A stretch of 64,000 bases of DNA from Candidatus Altimarinota bacterium (lineage in GTDB: Bacteria; Patescibacteriota; Gracilibacteria; 1-14-2-50-48-13), in the NCBI GenBank assembly GCA_046314355.1, contig JBKBWQ010000001.1:928001-992000 (forward strand), in the 5' to 3' direction. Below the pieces are notes generated by a model. That model saw only the letters and a list, made by a program, of their open reading frames with translations, ran no database searches and had not been told where the DNA came from. Shown piece after piece: positions 9,907-21,100 of the stretch; position 1 is the first letter of the stretch; each line of letters opens with the position of its first letter. Both the position numbers and the translations under genes were made by a program.

Positions 9907-10863
9907 TTATGACTTCCTTTTTCTTCTGAAAATCTGGCGTACAACTATTGCTGCTACTCCCATACTTATGACAATCAGGATATAGTACTTGGCATCTCCT
10001 GTTGCGATCAATTCTTCCATTCTACTCATCTTGCCTGCTACGTCAGAGGATGGATAAAGACTTCCAGTATCTGGATAGAATACTATTTCTTTTACAACTT
10101 TGTTCGGCACTTTATTATTATCGCAGGCTTCAATTCTTACCTTTGTCTCTGCACCTATAGGATCTACAGGCTTATATGTGACTGTGTACTCCTTATCTGT
10201 ACCCGTAATAACCGGCACTACTTCCTTTCCATTTACAAACATTTTCAAACAATCTCTATTCAATCCTTTAATGGTTGGATCCCCTGTCTTCACAGTAAAC
10301 TGGATAGTCGGAAAAAGATTTTTTACCTTTGAATTTGGGATAGGAAAAATATCTGTTACTTCAGGAGGAGAAGTACATTCAGAACTAATAGATCCATCTG
10401 GATTTACAAATAATACTGAGTCGCCGCTTATATTCTGCGCCTGTGCATCATCGGAAGAGAGCATCGGCATGTTCGCAGAGATTGTCGGCATATTTACATA
10501 AAAGTATCCTCCGCTTCCATTCTGTCCGCCTGTCTGAGTCAAAACACTTTTCAAGTATCCGTCCATTTCTACTTCCAGACGGTATACTGCTGGATATACA
10601 GAAAAACTATAGCCGCCATCTGCACCAGTAGTCTGAGGATTTGATCCGTTCTGTACTTCTGCAAGCTGCTGATCAAGCGTATAAAGACTTACCTTTGCCC
10701 CAGCAAGAGGTGCACTCGTCCCCTGATCCATGACGGCACCTGTAATAATACGGACCGGAATAGTCTGGTCTGATGGAGTCTGTGCATCTGCGGGATTCAC
10801 TATAAAAAGCGACATTCCTAAGATAATTGCCGTAGCTGTAAAAAATCGTTCGATGAGTGACAT
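9907..10863 (-). CDS. Exported protein with carboxypeptidase-regulatory-like and Ig-like domains and a C-terminal membrane anchor
   Basis: Signal peptide; ITGAVMDQGTSAPLAGAKVSL...TGADGGYSF. The C-terminus has LIATG, a hydrophobic helix and RRKRK. Confidence 0.7.
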   Translation of the reverse strand: MSLIERFFTATAIILGMSLFIVNPADAQTPSDQTIPVRIITGAVMDQGTSAPLAGAKVSLYTLDQQLAEVQNGSNPQTTGADGGYSFSVYPAVYRLEVEMDGYLKSVLTQTGGQNGSGGYFYVNMPTISANMPMLSSDDAQAQNISGDSVLFVNPDGSISSECTSPPEVTDIFPIPNSKVKNLFPTIQFTVKTGDPTIKGLNRDCLKMFVNGKEVVPVITGTDKEYTVTYKPVDPIGAETKVRIEACDNNKVPNKVVKEIVFYPDTGSLYPSSDVAGKMSRMEELIATGDAKYYILIVISMGVAAIVVRQIFRRKRKS

Positions 10864-10945
10864 AGTTTTTGTGTAATTGTGTTTTTGTATTTCATATAGT
10901 ATTATACCGCATACTTACCGTTTCTTACAACTATCCGGCAAAGAG

Positions 10946-11644
10946 ATGCTCTTCCCAAAACCTCTAATTGAGGGTGTACTACAAAAACGTTATAAACGCT
11001 TTTTGGGTGATCTTCTCTTAAATAATGAGACAGTTGTAGGAGTACATTGTACCAATACTGGTAGTATGAAAGGAATACTCGCAACTCCTCAAAGAGCCTG
11101 GGTACTTAAAAGTGACAATCTCAAACGTAAACTTCCCTATACTCTCGAGATACTAGAAATCCCTCAAGGAAACATAGGAGTCAATACTCACCGGACAAAT
11201 TATTTAGCTCTTGAAGCATTACAAAATAAACTTATTCCAGAACTAGCGGACATAAACATTTTTCAAACGGAGAAAAAATACGGAACAAATTCAAGAATAG
11301 ACATTCTGGGAATTACCGAAGACAATCAGGAAGTATACATTGAAGTAAAGAATGTGAGTCTCGCAGAAGGAAGAAAAGCACTTTTCCCAGATAGTGTTAC
11401 AGAACGCGGCACAAAACATCTCGAAGAACTCATAAAGATTATTCATGCTGGGAAACGGGCAGTGATGCTTTTTATTGCACAGAGAGAAGATGTCGAGAAC
11501 TTTTCACCTGAATCAGAGATAGATCCTCTTTATGCTGCTACTTTAAAGAAAGCCTTTGATGCAGGCGTAGAAGTCTACGCATATAATTGTAAAGTGACCC
11601 CTTTGGAGATTGTAGTCAGTAAGAGACTCCAAGTGATACTCTAA
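10946..11644 (+). CDS. sfsA: Sugar fermentation stimulation protein SfsA (PD-(D/E)xK fold)
   Basis: RYKRFL, HCTNTGSM, SRID, YIEVKNV and FPDSVTERGTKHLEEL motifs. The ATG at 10946 is preferred over the upstream TTG. Confidence 0.93.
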   Translation: MLFPKPLIEGVLQKRYKRFLGDLLLNNETVVGVHCTNTGSMKGILATPQRAWVLKSDNLKRKLPYTLEILEIPQGNIGVNTHRTNYLALEALQNKLIPELADINIFQTEKKYGTNSRIDILGITEDNQEVYIEVKNVSLAEGRKALFPDSVTERGTKHLEELIKIIHAGKRAVMLFIAQREDVENFSPESEIDPLYAATLKKAFDAGVEVYAYNCKVTPLEIVVSKRLQVIL

Positions 11645-11651
11645 GCTATTC

Positions 11652-12182
11652 CTACCCAAGAAATATTCTCATAGTGGACTGCACAACTTGTAATAGAGTA
11701 AATAGCTTCTGATAGAGTTTGTGATACATAGTAGTCTGTACCGGATTTTCAGCTAAATACTCCTCAGCCTTCCTAGTTATATAATTACTTAGCTCAGCGC
11801 ACTCTTTTTCGCTAGCCTGCTTCGCATAACGAGAGAGCTCCCTTGCCTTCCAGTCGTAATATCCTTCTTCATTCATAAACTCACTATCTCCATCTGGGTA
11901 CAATGTCACTGTAGATGCCTCAATCATGTCAGCTATGTCCTGATATGTTCTATCATGGTCTTTGTGCTTAAACGTACTGTTTATGACTGCTAGAGCAATT
12001 CTTATCTCATTCTTAGTTTCATTGCAGGTCATGAATATCTCTGCATGACCATTATCTCCTCCCATAACGTATTCCTCAAAGTATGCGTGCCCAACGGCAG
12101 ACGTAAGATACCCCTGATGCATATCATAAATATCATCTGAGCTTAGCGCTCTATGTGACTGAATGTTTCCTCTTGGATCCAT
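11652..12182 (-). CDS. Hypothetical protein
   Basis: 176-aa ORF with ATG filling an intergenic gap; no motif recognised. Confidence 0.6.
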   Translation of the reverse strand: MDPRGNIQSHRALSSDDIYDMHQGYLTSAVGHAYFEEYVMGGDNGHAEIFMTCNETKNEIRIALAVINSTFKHKDHDRTYQDIADMIEASTVTLYPDGDSEFMNEEGYYDWKARELSRYAKQASEKECAELSNYITRKAEEYLAENPVQTTMYHKLYQKLFTLLQVVQSTMRIFLG

Positions 12183-12326
12183 AATAAAACTTAAAATTTT
12201 AGTATGTATATAACTTCCAAGCAGCTACGTCAATATCTCTTTATTTTTCATTTATGAAATTTACTGACAACTCTTGCAAAATTTATAATAAATTATATTA
12301 TACGCAAAACAATTTATTATAAAAAA

Positions 12327-14048
12327 ATGATTTTTAATAAAGTCTATCGTGGAAAATTCTTTAGAATTCTCATCCTACTTGTAAGTTTATTTTGTGTACA
12401 AGTCATTTCAGAATCCTATCCTAAAGTGCATGCGCAATCTATAGTTACTTCTGATCAAATACAGTCATTTTACGCAAATGGTATTCTTAGCTATGAAAAT
12501 GTAGCATTCAAATTTATTCCTGAGGATGCAAGAAAAATACAACGACCCGATATTCTTATACAGAGAGTTCAAAGATTCTACAGTGCTTATAAGGATATGA
12601 TGGGAGACACTCCCTTTAACGGACAGCAGATTTCTTTTGTGGAGAGATGTGACGCAAAGGAAGGAAAAAATGATAATAGCATTACCAATGAATGCCCTTA
12701 CGGCTACGCTATAGGATATTGGGGATATTTTGTAGGTACACCTGACATTACTATTACAAAAGGCGGTATACAGAATGTCATCGAAGATGCCAATAATGAT
12801 GCTGTGACATTTGGAATCGCACATGAACTCTCGCACGCTTTTGACTTCTGGGATAACGCACAATACGTCTACAATTCTACATCCGCGGAAGCATTAGCAA
12901 ATATCAAGCTTGTACACGCCATAGATCAGACTGGTATAAAGATCCGCCTCGGAAGTACGACATATGCTTCTACCGGAGAGTTTCTGAATAATTTCTATAT
13001 GCCTTTTTTTGATAAATATACAAATAACCGCTATTCCTATTCAGATCTAGATGATGATAATCCAGTTGTGGGAAATAAGGCGGATATGTATCTGGCTCTT
13101 TTAGAAAAAGGTATTCAAAAAACCTCTTCCACATGTTTTTTTGATACTTTAAAAAGATATCCTGAAAACAGCAATCTCGAAGAGTATAGCTCCACAAATA
13201 AACTCGCAAAATTAAATCAATTCCTCTCTCTTTGGTCTGAGCAATGCCAAAGCAGTGCGATCATAGATGTTTTTGTAAACGCCAATTTTCTCATTGATGA
13301 TACACTCAAAGATCAAGTGGCAAGATTTAGACAGCCTACTGTGATAGTCTCAAATCCTGCTCCTATAGTACCTATACCAGTAGTAATTCCTGAAAAAATC
13401 CCTGAAGTACCTCCAGTAATTACTACTCCTGAAGCAGTACCAACAATACAGGATATTCCCGCTTTAATTGTTATACCTTTTACGGATATTAGAAATCATT
13501 TTGCCGAAAACGCCATTCTGAGCCTTACCTATAGAGGAATTGTCTCAGGAAAATCTGCATCTACATTTGCGCCGGATGCTCCGCTTACTCGAGCAGAAGC
13601 CTCAAAAATTATAGCAAAAGCATTTATTACATCTGAGTCTGCAGACTCTTTTGTCACTGCACTTCGTGCACAGTATCCAAATTATACGTATGTATTTTTT
13701 AAAGATGTTGATATTAGGTCATGGTTTTCCGGCTATGTAGGCATTATGCAGACTCATGGCATCATTCAGAAAAGCACAGGAGACACATTTAGACCCAATC
13801 AGGCAATAACTAGAGCCGAGTTCCTTAAGATGATTCTACGGGCACGCGGAGATAATATTGAGAACCTAAGTACCCAATACCTATCAGAGTCCAATAGAAA
13901 GTTCTCAGATGTATCTGAAAATGCATGGTACTACCCTATCGTCTATGCCGGAGCAAGACTGCATATTATAGATACTCAAAACTCTTTTGCGCCTAATAGA
14001 GCAATCACGAGAGGAGAGGCGGCCATCATGCTTCAAAGAAGTTTATAA
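12327..14048 (+). CDS. Secreted zincin-like metallopeptidase domain protein with Pro-rich linker and C-terminal SLH domains
   Basis: Signal peptide; HELSH followed by EALAN; P/V/I-rich linker; three SLH repeats (FAPDAPLTRAEA, FRPNQAITRAEF, FAPNRAITRGEA). Confidence 0.8.
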   Translation: MIFNKVYRGKFFRILILLVSLFCVQVISESYPKVHAQSIVTSDQIQSFYANGILSYENVAFKFIPEDARKIQRPDILIQRVQRFYSAYKDMMGDTPFNGQQISFVERCDAKEGKNDNSITNECPYGYAIGYWGYFVGTPDITITKGGIQNVIEDANNDAVTFGIAHELSHAFDFWDNAQYVYNSTSAEALANIKLVHAIDQTGIKIRLGSTTYASTGEFLNNFYMPFFDKYTNNRYSYSDLDDDNPVVGNKADMYLALLEKGIQKTSSTCFFDTLKRYPENSNLEEYSSTNKLAKLNQFLSLWSEQCQSSAIIDVFVNANFLIDDTLKDQVARFRQPTVIVSNPAPIVPIPVVIPEKIPEVPPVITTPEAVPTIQDIPALIVIPFTDIRNHFAENAILSLTYRGIVSGKSASTFAPDAPLTRAEASKIIAKAFITSESADSFVTALRAQYPNYTYVFFKDVDIRSWFSGYVGIMQTHGIIQKSTGDTFRPNQAITRAEFLKMILRARGDNIENLSTQYLSESNRKFSDVSENAWYYPIVYAGARLHIIDTQNSFAPNRAITRGEAAIMLQRSL

Positions 14049-14112
14049 ATTTCTTTTACCTAAAAGAACAGTATTAAAAATATACTGAGGATATATTTTT
14101 AATACTGTTCTT

Positions 14113-14553
14113 ATGCGTGCCCCCCATCTCTTTGGAGCTGTCTATATTATTCTTTTACAAGATAAGAAAGTCCTCCTTGCCCGAAGATTCAATACAGGTT
14201 TTGAAGATGGAAAGTATTCATTGCCTTCAGGTCATATAGAACCAGGGGAGTCTTATAAAGATGCCGTCATCCATGAGGCTAAAGAAGAGTTAGGTATTGA
14301 GATTCTGCCGGAAGACTTAGAAATCACCCACTTGTACCACAACAATAATAAAGATGATAAGAGAGAATACATGGCTCTTTACTTTAAAATAAAAAAATGG
14401 AAGGGCGAACCGCGCAATGCTGAACCGGAAAAATGTGACGATATATGCTGGTTTCCACTAGATGCCATTCCTGAGAATACGATATCTACTGTAAAAGATG
14501 TATTAAAAAACGTCTCCTCTAAATTTTGCATTGGAGAGATTGGATATAAATAA
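14113..14553 (+). CDS. NUDIX hydrolase
   Basis: Nudix box variant GHIEPGESYKDAVIHEAKEELGI; EPEKC motif. Confidence 0.9.
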   Translation: MRAPHLFGAVYIILLQDKKVLLARRFNTGFEDGKYSLPSGHIEPGESYKDAVIHEAKEELGIEILPEDLEITHLYHNNNKDDKREYMALYFKIKKWKGEPRNAEPEKCDDICWFPLDAIPENTISTVKDVLKNVSSKFCIGEIGYK

Positions 14554-14560
14554 AAACTTC

Positions 14561-14597
14561 TTGAAGGATAAAGGTATGTACATTATAATGTACATAC
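14561..14597 (+). promoter_or_regulatory. TA operon promoter with an overlapping palindromic operator
   Basis: TTGAAG-N17-TATAAT. The -10 lies inside the perfect 24-bp palindrome GTATGTACATTATAATGTACATAC (14574-14597). Confidence 0.75.
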
Positions 14598-14612
14598 ATT
14601 TACACCAAATTT

Positions 14613-14978
14613 ATGAAAACTATAGCTGTATCAATCACAGAAGGCAGAAAAAGAATATTTGAACTTGCTGATGAAGTACAAACTCCAGGAAACTTTGTCA
14701 TACTTACTCAAAATGGTGCTCCTAAGGCAGTGCTATTAGGTATAGATGAATTTGAATCATTAGTTGAGACCATTGAAGTTCTGCAACAAGATCCAAACAT
14801 TATTTCACGTATTGAAAAAATCGATGAAGATATGACACAAAATAAATATGATACTTATATCCCTTTTGAAGAGATGCTCTCAGGTGCCCTACTAGTTTCT
14901 GAACCTAAAAAAACTTATGAAGTTTCAAATACTCTTCGAAGCAAAAAGCCAAAAATATCTAAAAAGCCTTCGAAGTAA
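14613..14978 (+). CDS. Phd/YefM family antitoxin
   Basis: SITEGRKRIFELADEV...VILTQNGAPKAVLLGIDEFESLVET; lies upstream of and overlaps the toxin gene. Confidence 0.9.
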   Translation: MKTIAVSITEGRKRIFELADEVQTPGNFVILTQNGAPKAVLLGIDEFESLVETIEVLQQDPNIISRIEKIDEDMTQNKYDTYIPFEEMLSGALLVSEPKKTYEVSNTLRSKKPKISKKPSK

Positions 14979-15171
14979 GGATCAGCAAAGAATTTTACAG
15001 GCCATTGGAGACCTTCTCAATTCCCCTTTTAGCGGTAAGGCTCTTCAGGGAACATTAAAAGGCACATATTCATTAAGAATATGGCCATATCGTGTGCTCT
15101 ATAAAATATATAAAGCAAAACTTATCATTATTATCATTGATATTGGTCATAGGCAGAGCATCTACAAGTGA
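14917..15171 (+). CDS. RelE/ParE family toxin
   Basis: Basic 84-aa protein with GKALQGTLKGTYSLRIWPYRVLY...IGHR. Confidence 0.9.
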   Translation: MKFQILFEAKSQKYLKSLRSKDQQRILQAIGDLLNSPFSGKALQGTLKGTYSLRIWPYRVLYKIYKAKLIIIIIDIGHRQSIYK

Positions 15172-15187
15172 ACCTACTCTCAAAACA

Positions 15188-17026
15188 TTACTCCTTCTTC
15201 AAAATACTCAAGAACGCCTCCTGCGGGATACTCACCTTCCCCATCAACTTCATTCGCTTCTTACCTTCCTTCTGTTTCTTCAAAAGCTTCATCTTTCGTG
15301 AAATATCTCCACCATACAGTTTTGCAGTTACGTCTTTTCTCATGGCTGAGATATCTTCTCGTGCGAGAATCTTTGCGCCAACCGCAGCCTGAATCGCAAT
15401 AGTAAACTGAGCTTTTGGGATGATATCCTTGAGCTTCTTACACACTACCCGTCCCTGACTCTCCGCATTCATTTTATGTACGATAGTCGCGAGTGGATCA
15501 ATGATATCTCCAGCTACCATCACATCAAGCTTCACGAGATCTCCTTCTCTATAATCTATAAACTCGTAGTTCATAGAAGCATAGCCAGCAGTGAGACTCT
15601 TTAGCTTATCATAAAACTCTATCACGATTTCCATCAAAGGAATTTCGTATAATAGAAGCACGCGGTCAGCATTTAAGTACGTCATATTTTTCTGTATACC
15701 TCTATTCTTCTGACACAGATCCATGATTGGACCTACGTATTCCTTAGGAGTCACGAGTTCCATTTTTACATATGGCTCAAGGATCGTATCTATAAACTCC
15801 CGAGGTGGAAGTTCTGACGGACTTGCTACAAGCATCACTCCATTCTCATCAATCTTTGTTTCATCAAGTCCTTTTCTAGAAGAAAGCTTCACTTTAAAGG
15901 AAACACTTGGTGAAGATACGATAATATCTGCATTATATTCTCTCTCTAGTCTCTCCTGTACGATATCCATATGCAAAAGACCAAGGAATCCGCATCTGAA
16001 CCCCTGCCCCAGAGCACTAGAACTTTCCGCTTCGTATACTAATGATGAATCATTAAGCGTTAATTTTTCTAATGAATCACGAAGCTCAGGATAATCCTCT
16101 GCATCTATTGGAAATATCGAAGCAAACACTACCGGTTTTACCTTTGCATATCCCTGTAGCGCTTCAGGCTGCGCAGAGTCAGGCTGCTGACCTCTCATGT
16201 TTTTCCAAAGAGTATCTCCCACTCTCGCTTCAGAGGTAGTCTTGAGACCAGTGATCACATATCCGATCTCTCCAGCTAGCAACTCTTTATCAGCTATATA
16301 CTTAGGTGAAAAATGCCCCACTTCGAGCACATCCATGTCTTTTTTTGCATTCAAAAGATAGAGTTTATCTCCTCTTTTGATAGATCCTTCCATGACTTTT
16401 ACATAAGTTACTACTCCGCGATAAGAATCAAATACTGAGTCAAATATCAATGCTCTCGTCTGATCTGCCACTTCCATAGCCTTCGGTGCATGCATTTTTT
16501 CAATAATAGCATCCAGGACCTTTTCTACATTTGTTCCATCTTTCGCAGACACCGCGATGATCTCATCACGTCCGATACCGATCACATTTTCTATCTCTTC
16601 AGCTACCTTCTCAGGATCAGCCGCAGGAAGATCTATTTTATTCAACACAGGAATAATCGTAAGATCATGCTCTAGGGCAAAATAGAGATTCGTAAGGGTC
16701 TGAGCCTCGATTCCCTGAGATGCATCGACTACGAGAATAGCTCCCTCTACCGCAGCAAGAGAACGAGATACTTCATAAGAAAAGTCCACATGTCCCGGAG
16801 TATCGATGAGATTGAGCTGATATCCCTTCCATTCCATTCGTACAGGCTGAAGTTTGATAGTGATACCTCTCTCCTGCTCCAGCTCCATAGTATCGAGCAT
16901 CTGCTGATTCTTCATCTCACGCTTCTGGAGCGTACCGGTAATCTCAATAAAACGATCAGCCAGCGTAGATTTGCCGTGATCAATATGCGCAATAATACAA
17001 AAATTTCTTATTTTTTCTCTATCCAT
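15188..17026 (-). CDS. lepA: Translation elongation factor 4 (LepA)
   Basis: IRNFCIIAHIDHGKSTLADR, DTPGHVDF, NKID, GFLGLLHM and KQKEGKKRMK. Confidence 0.98.
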   Translation of the reverse strand: MDREKIRNFCIIAHIDHGKSTLADRFIEITGTLQKREMKNQQMLDTMELEQERGITIKLQPVRMEWKGYQLNLIDTPGHVDFSYEVSRSLAAVEGAILVVDASQGIEAQTLTNLYFALEHDLTIIPVLNKIDLPAADPEKVAEEIENVIGIGRDEIIAVSAKDGTNVEKVLDAIIEKMHAPKAMEVADQTRALIFDSVFDSYRGVVTYVKVMEGSIKRGDKLYLLNAKKDMDVLEVGHFSPKYIADKELLAGEIGYVITGLKTTSEARVGDTLWKNMRGQQPDSAQPEALQGYAKVKPVVFASIFPIDAEDYPELRDSLEKLTLNDSSLVYEAESSSALGQGFRCGFLGLLHMDIVQERLEREYNADIIVSSPSVSFKVKLSSRKGLDETKIDENGVMLVASPSELPPREFIDTILEPYVKMELVTPKEYVGPIMDLCQKNRGIQKNMTYLNADRVLLLYEIPLMEIVIEFYDKLKSLTAGYASMNYEFIDYREGDLVKLDVMVAGDIIDPLATIVHKMNAESQGRVVCKKLKDIIPKAQFTIAIQAAVGAKILAREDISAMRKDVTAKLYGGDISRKMKLLKKQKEGKKRMKLMGKVSIPQEAFLSILKKE

Positions 17027-17114
17027 TGAAAAGATGTGTTTTTACAAGTGCAAAAGTATCAGAAAGGTACACTGGAAAAGGGGAAAATGCAAGGGCTCGA
17101 GGAATAAGATCATT

Positions 17115-18179
17115 CTATAAGCTTTCTTGGGTTTCTTCTTCAGGTAAATTTAAAGTATTCATCACCTTTTCAAATATAAGAAGCATTAATTCTTCTTCAT
17201 TTTCTTCAAACTCATTCATTTTTTCCTGAAAGATTGTATCTTTTTCTTTCATATTTGCATGAAGCATTTCAGTAATCAGATACTTAAGGTGTCTCACATC
17301 CTCTATATTAGTTTTTTTAATAAGTTCTTGGGAAGAAATATTATAAAACGTACGAAGTGTATGAGCGATACTCTGTCTAATCTGAGATATTTTAATGTCG
17401 GGATAGAGCTTATCAAATATCTTCTCAAATACTTCTCTTTTTTGTACTGAAAAAGTTTGTATATCAAAAAGAAAGTGACATAGGTCCTCAGCAAAACTCT
17501 CTTTAAAGTAGAGAAGATATTTACTTTCATCAATAAGCTGTTCGAGAAGTAGAGAATCTTTTAATTGATCTCTAAGATACTTCTCTCGTTCCTCATCGCT
17601 TTTATATGCGACTGCATAAGATGAATGAGTTGGTTCATAGAGATAATTTCTTAAAATATATTCATCCAGATAAGCGGTCCCTTCCTCAGACTCACCTAGA
17701 TGCTTTTCTATTGCGTGTGCCAGTTCATGAAATAAAAGAACTATCTTTTCAGCTTTTTCTTCATTAGTTGTATTTCCTTCTTCAACATATATGGTTAATA
17801 CACCGGTATCAGGAACAAAGCTGCCTTGTTCAAATACTGCCCCATTCTTCTTTATTTCAATTTCATCTATTACTCCTGCTGTTAAGACAGAAAAAAGTGT
17901 GGATTGAAATATATCAATGAATTCTTGTTTTTCTCGAACAGATAGTTGATCATCAATAGAAAGCTTAGATATATTACTATCATTTCTTTCAATATGTATC
18001 GTATAGTCTTTAAATGGTGAGTGCGTCACACGGTAAAGCTTTTTAAGTTCCTTTACTTGATCAGAATCCTCCAGAATTTTTTTAAAATCCACCCCAGAGA
18101 CTTTCGTCAAAGTTTTCAGAAATTCAGGAGAAAACTCAGATTCTAAATTTATTCTTTCTGCAGAAGGTATTATATTCAT
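17115..18179 (-). CDS. Acidic hypothetical protein with a zincin-like HExxH motif
   Basis: FHELAHAIE and a downstream ESFAE. Confidence 0.6.
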   Translation of the reverse strand: MNIIPSAERINLESEFSPEFLKTLTKVSGVDFKKILEDSDQVKELKKLYRVTHSPFKDYTIHIERNDSNISKLSIDDQLSVREKQEFIDIFQSTLFSVLTAGVIDEIEIKKNGAVFEQGSFVPDTGVLTIYVEEGNTTNEEKAEKIVLLFHELAHAIEKHLGESEEGTAYLDEYILRNYLYEPTHSSYAVAYKSDEEREKYLRDQLKDSLLLEQLIDESKYLLYFKESFAEDLCHFLFDIQTFSVQKREVFEKIFDKLYPDIKISQIRQSIAHTLRTFYNISSQELIKKTNIEDVRHLKYLITEMLHANMKEKDTIFQEKMNEFEENEEELMLLIFEKVMNTLNLPEEETQESL

Positions 18180-18187
18180 ATTATTTA

Positions 18188-21100
18188 TTATTGATTCTTC
18201 ACCTTCATACTTCGAGCAAGCATAAAGATAATCTCAGACTTCAACGCCTTATCATTCGGTCTAAAAAGCTTAGATTCAGATACGGTTACGATTCCCTTTT
18301 CAACCGCATAAGAAAGATATCCTTTGTACCAAGTATTCTCATCTTTCCAGCTTACATCCGTGAAAGGTTCAGCGCTGCCTGAGAAAGTAAATTTACCATC
18401 ACTCAGCGTCATCTCAAGGATTATCTTCAAAGCTTCGGCTCTTGTAATAGAATTATCAGGCTTGAAAGTACCATCATGGATATAACCCCGTACAATACTT
18501 CGAAGTTTTGCGAGATAAATAAAGAGTGCATCCTGATGAGTAATTGCTACATCTGAGAACGGTGCAGGAAATTCGGAATAGTTTCTAAAATCTTCACAGT
18601 TTCCCTGGATAATATAGCGAAGCATCTCAGATCTATTCACAGAAGCAGCTGGATCAAACACTTCTCCCTGTCTCTGGAAGGCTACTCCTTTTTTCAAAAG
18701 ATTTTCTATAAATATTTTCAGATCTTCCTGTGAAATACTCTCTGCAATCGCAGGATCCTGTGACTTCATCGGAGCACAGATAGTATCTTTGAACGGAATA
18801 TTAAATCTTCCCACTGGAGTATTTGGATTTACTACTTCAGGAGCGCTTGGTCTTGTAGGTGCAGTATTTCCATTTGTATTTCTTCCAGGAACAGAAGAAT
18901 TAGTATTAGCATTTTCACCTCTAGGTTCTACATTGGAATTCTGATTAGTAGTCGGCTGAATATTTGTATTCACATTCAGCTGCGCTACAGGAGTATATCC
19001 TCCACCTCCGCCGCCTGTCGTAGGTGCAGGACCAGCAGGAGGTACTGGAATAACAGTGTCTTCAATAGTAACCGTCAGATCCGGAATGCTCACTGTTGCA
19101 TATCCTTCATCCGTAGTAGTCAGCACATGTGAAATAGTCGCAGTACGGTTTCCATTCGCAGTATTATCATTTGTTATATTTAGAGTGACTATCTGCGGAA
19201 CATTCCAGTTACTTGAAGTAAAGGTAAGAGTTGCAGTATCTGCAATAATACCACCAGTAGTATTGATAGCTACTTCTACATCCGCAGTAGGAGCTTCAGT
19301 AAGAACAATACTATACGTATCTGTTCCCCCATCCTCTGTGATCAGAGTTGTACCTGATGTTTCAGTTATAACTGCATTAAGGTTATAAATAGCAGAAGTA
19401 GTCCATTGCTCTGTGCTTAGTCTTGAACTCTGGAGTGAAGATGGAAATGTTCCATACTCCTGCATCCAGACAAGTCCATCTCCTAATGATCCTGATGTAA
19501 GACTTGGCGCAGAGGCTGTAGAATCAGTCTGATATGCAATCCAGTAATCACCCGCTGGAAGTGAAGTTAGCGTCGTAGGGCTTCCATTAGCAACCGGTAC
19601 TGTTACCCATCCATTAGTTTTATTATTTGGTACTGATCCGCTTTCCCATAAAAGCTGCTTCTGATCGTCATAGAGTGCAAGTTCAATATTTCCGGCAGCA
19701 CTATGAGAATAAAATCGCAACGCATTTACAATACTTGCCGGTTGTGAAAGCGTCATTTTAGTAGCATGCACCATTCCCTTCTGAGAAAGTCCTATTCGAG
19801 TCACAAAAGCCGGATACGTATATGTACCTCCATAGATAAATCCACGCTCAGTATCTAACTGTAGATTATCAAGGGACTCAAGTTTAGGATCAAAGGAGAG
19901 TTCATTGATCTGCGTAAAATCACTAGTTTGTACTGTATGTAATTTTGCGGGCCAACCGGCTGCAAAATAAAGAAGTCCTTTCGCCGCATCTAAGGCTCCC
20001 ATGTATACAGGATTCTGAGGTTCACTGAGACGAATACTTGCGACCTTCGTAAAAGTTGCGAGGTCAATCTTGGCAACTTCACTTCCCAGATTTGTCCAGT
20101 GCTCTCCGGAAATGTATGCAATATTATTTGCCTCATCTATGACTACCGTATTTGTAGACTCCGTCGCTGCAGACAGAGTATCATCTATTTGTAGGGTATC
20201 TGCATCTACCTGGATAAAATCTCCTGAATCCTCATCTCCAAAATAGAGTTTCCCCGTTGTATTATTAATTCCTCCTCCGGTCCATCCCCATTGAGGTGTA
20301 TCTACAGTATCTACAACCGTAAATGTCTGAAGATCAATTTTTCCAATCCGTCCTACACTCTGATTCCATACATTATCTCTCGTTGCTCCATAGAGATAAG
20401 AGGTAGTACTGTCAAAGACAAGTCCATTTGTAAAGGCAGCATCTCCTGTATCCAAAACGGCTTCCTCCGTCATTGTCGCAGCATCTATTTTCAGCATCAC
20501 ATTCGGATATCCTGACCCATTAAAATTACGTCCCGCGATGTAAAGCTTATTTCTTATCGGATCAAAGATAATATTTGCATCAGAAGATGATCCAGGTGTT
20601 GTTCCGATAAACTGGTCAACATATTCAAAGGTCTTAGCATCGACCTTCATAATAGTAATATCCGAATCATTGTGATTGGTTTCTGTCACCACATAAAGAA
20701 ATCCTCCAACAGGATCATATGTACTAAATTTAGCAGCACCATCAGAAAGACCTATTTCATAGTGATCTTCGACAATAAGAGTATCAAGATCGATTATATC
20801 GAGATTATTACCTAATTGTACGTCTCCAGCAGTAAACATATGAATTGTCTTTGCTTGAGGTGCTTGAAAATATGAAATAAGACTCTGATCAAGTAATTCG
20901 ACATTCCCTATTGCATTCATGGCATCCACATCGATACCATATATTGCTGTCTCTTCAGGACTATTAAAAAACTGGGCAGTAACCAGATATATATTTTTGT
21001 CATCTTCTCCCTTAATAAAACTATTATAATAATGATCCGGAAGAGGATTAAAGTTAATTGTTCCTGCTTCTGTAAAGCTTCCAAGATCAATGACAGTGAC

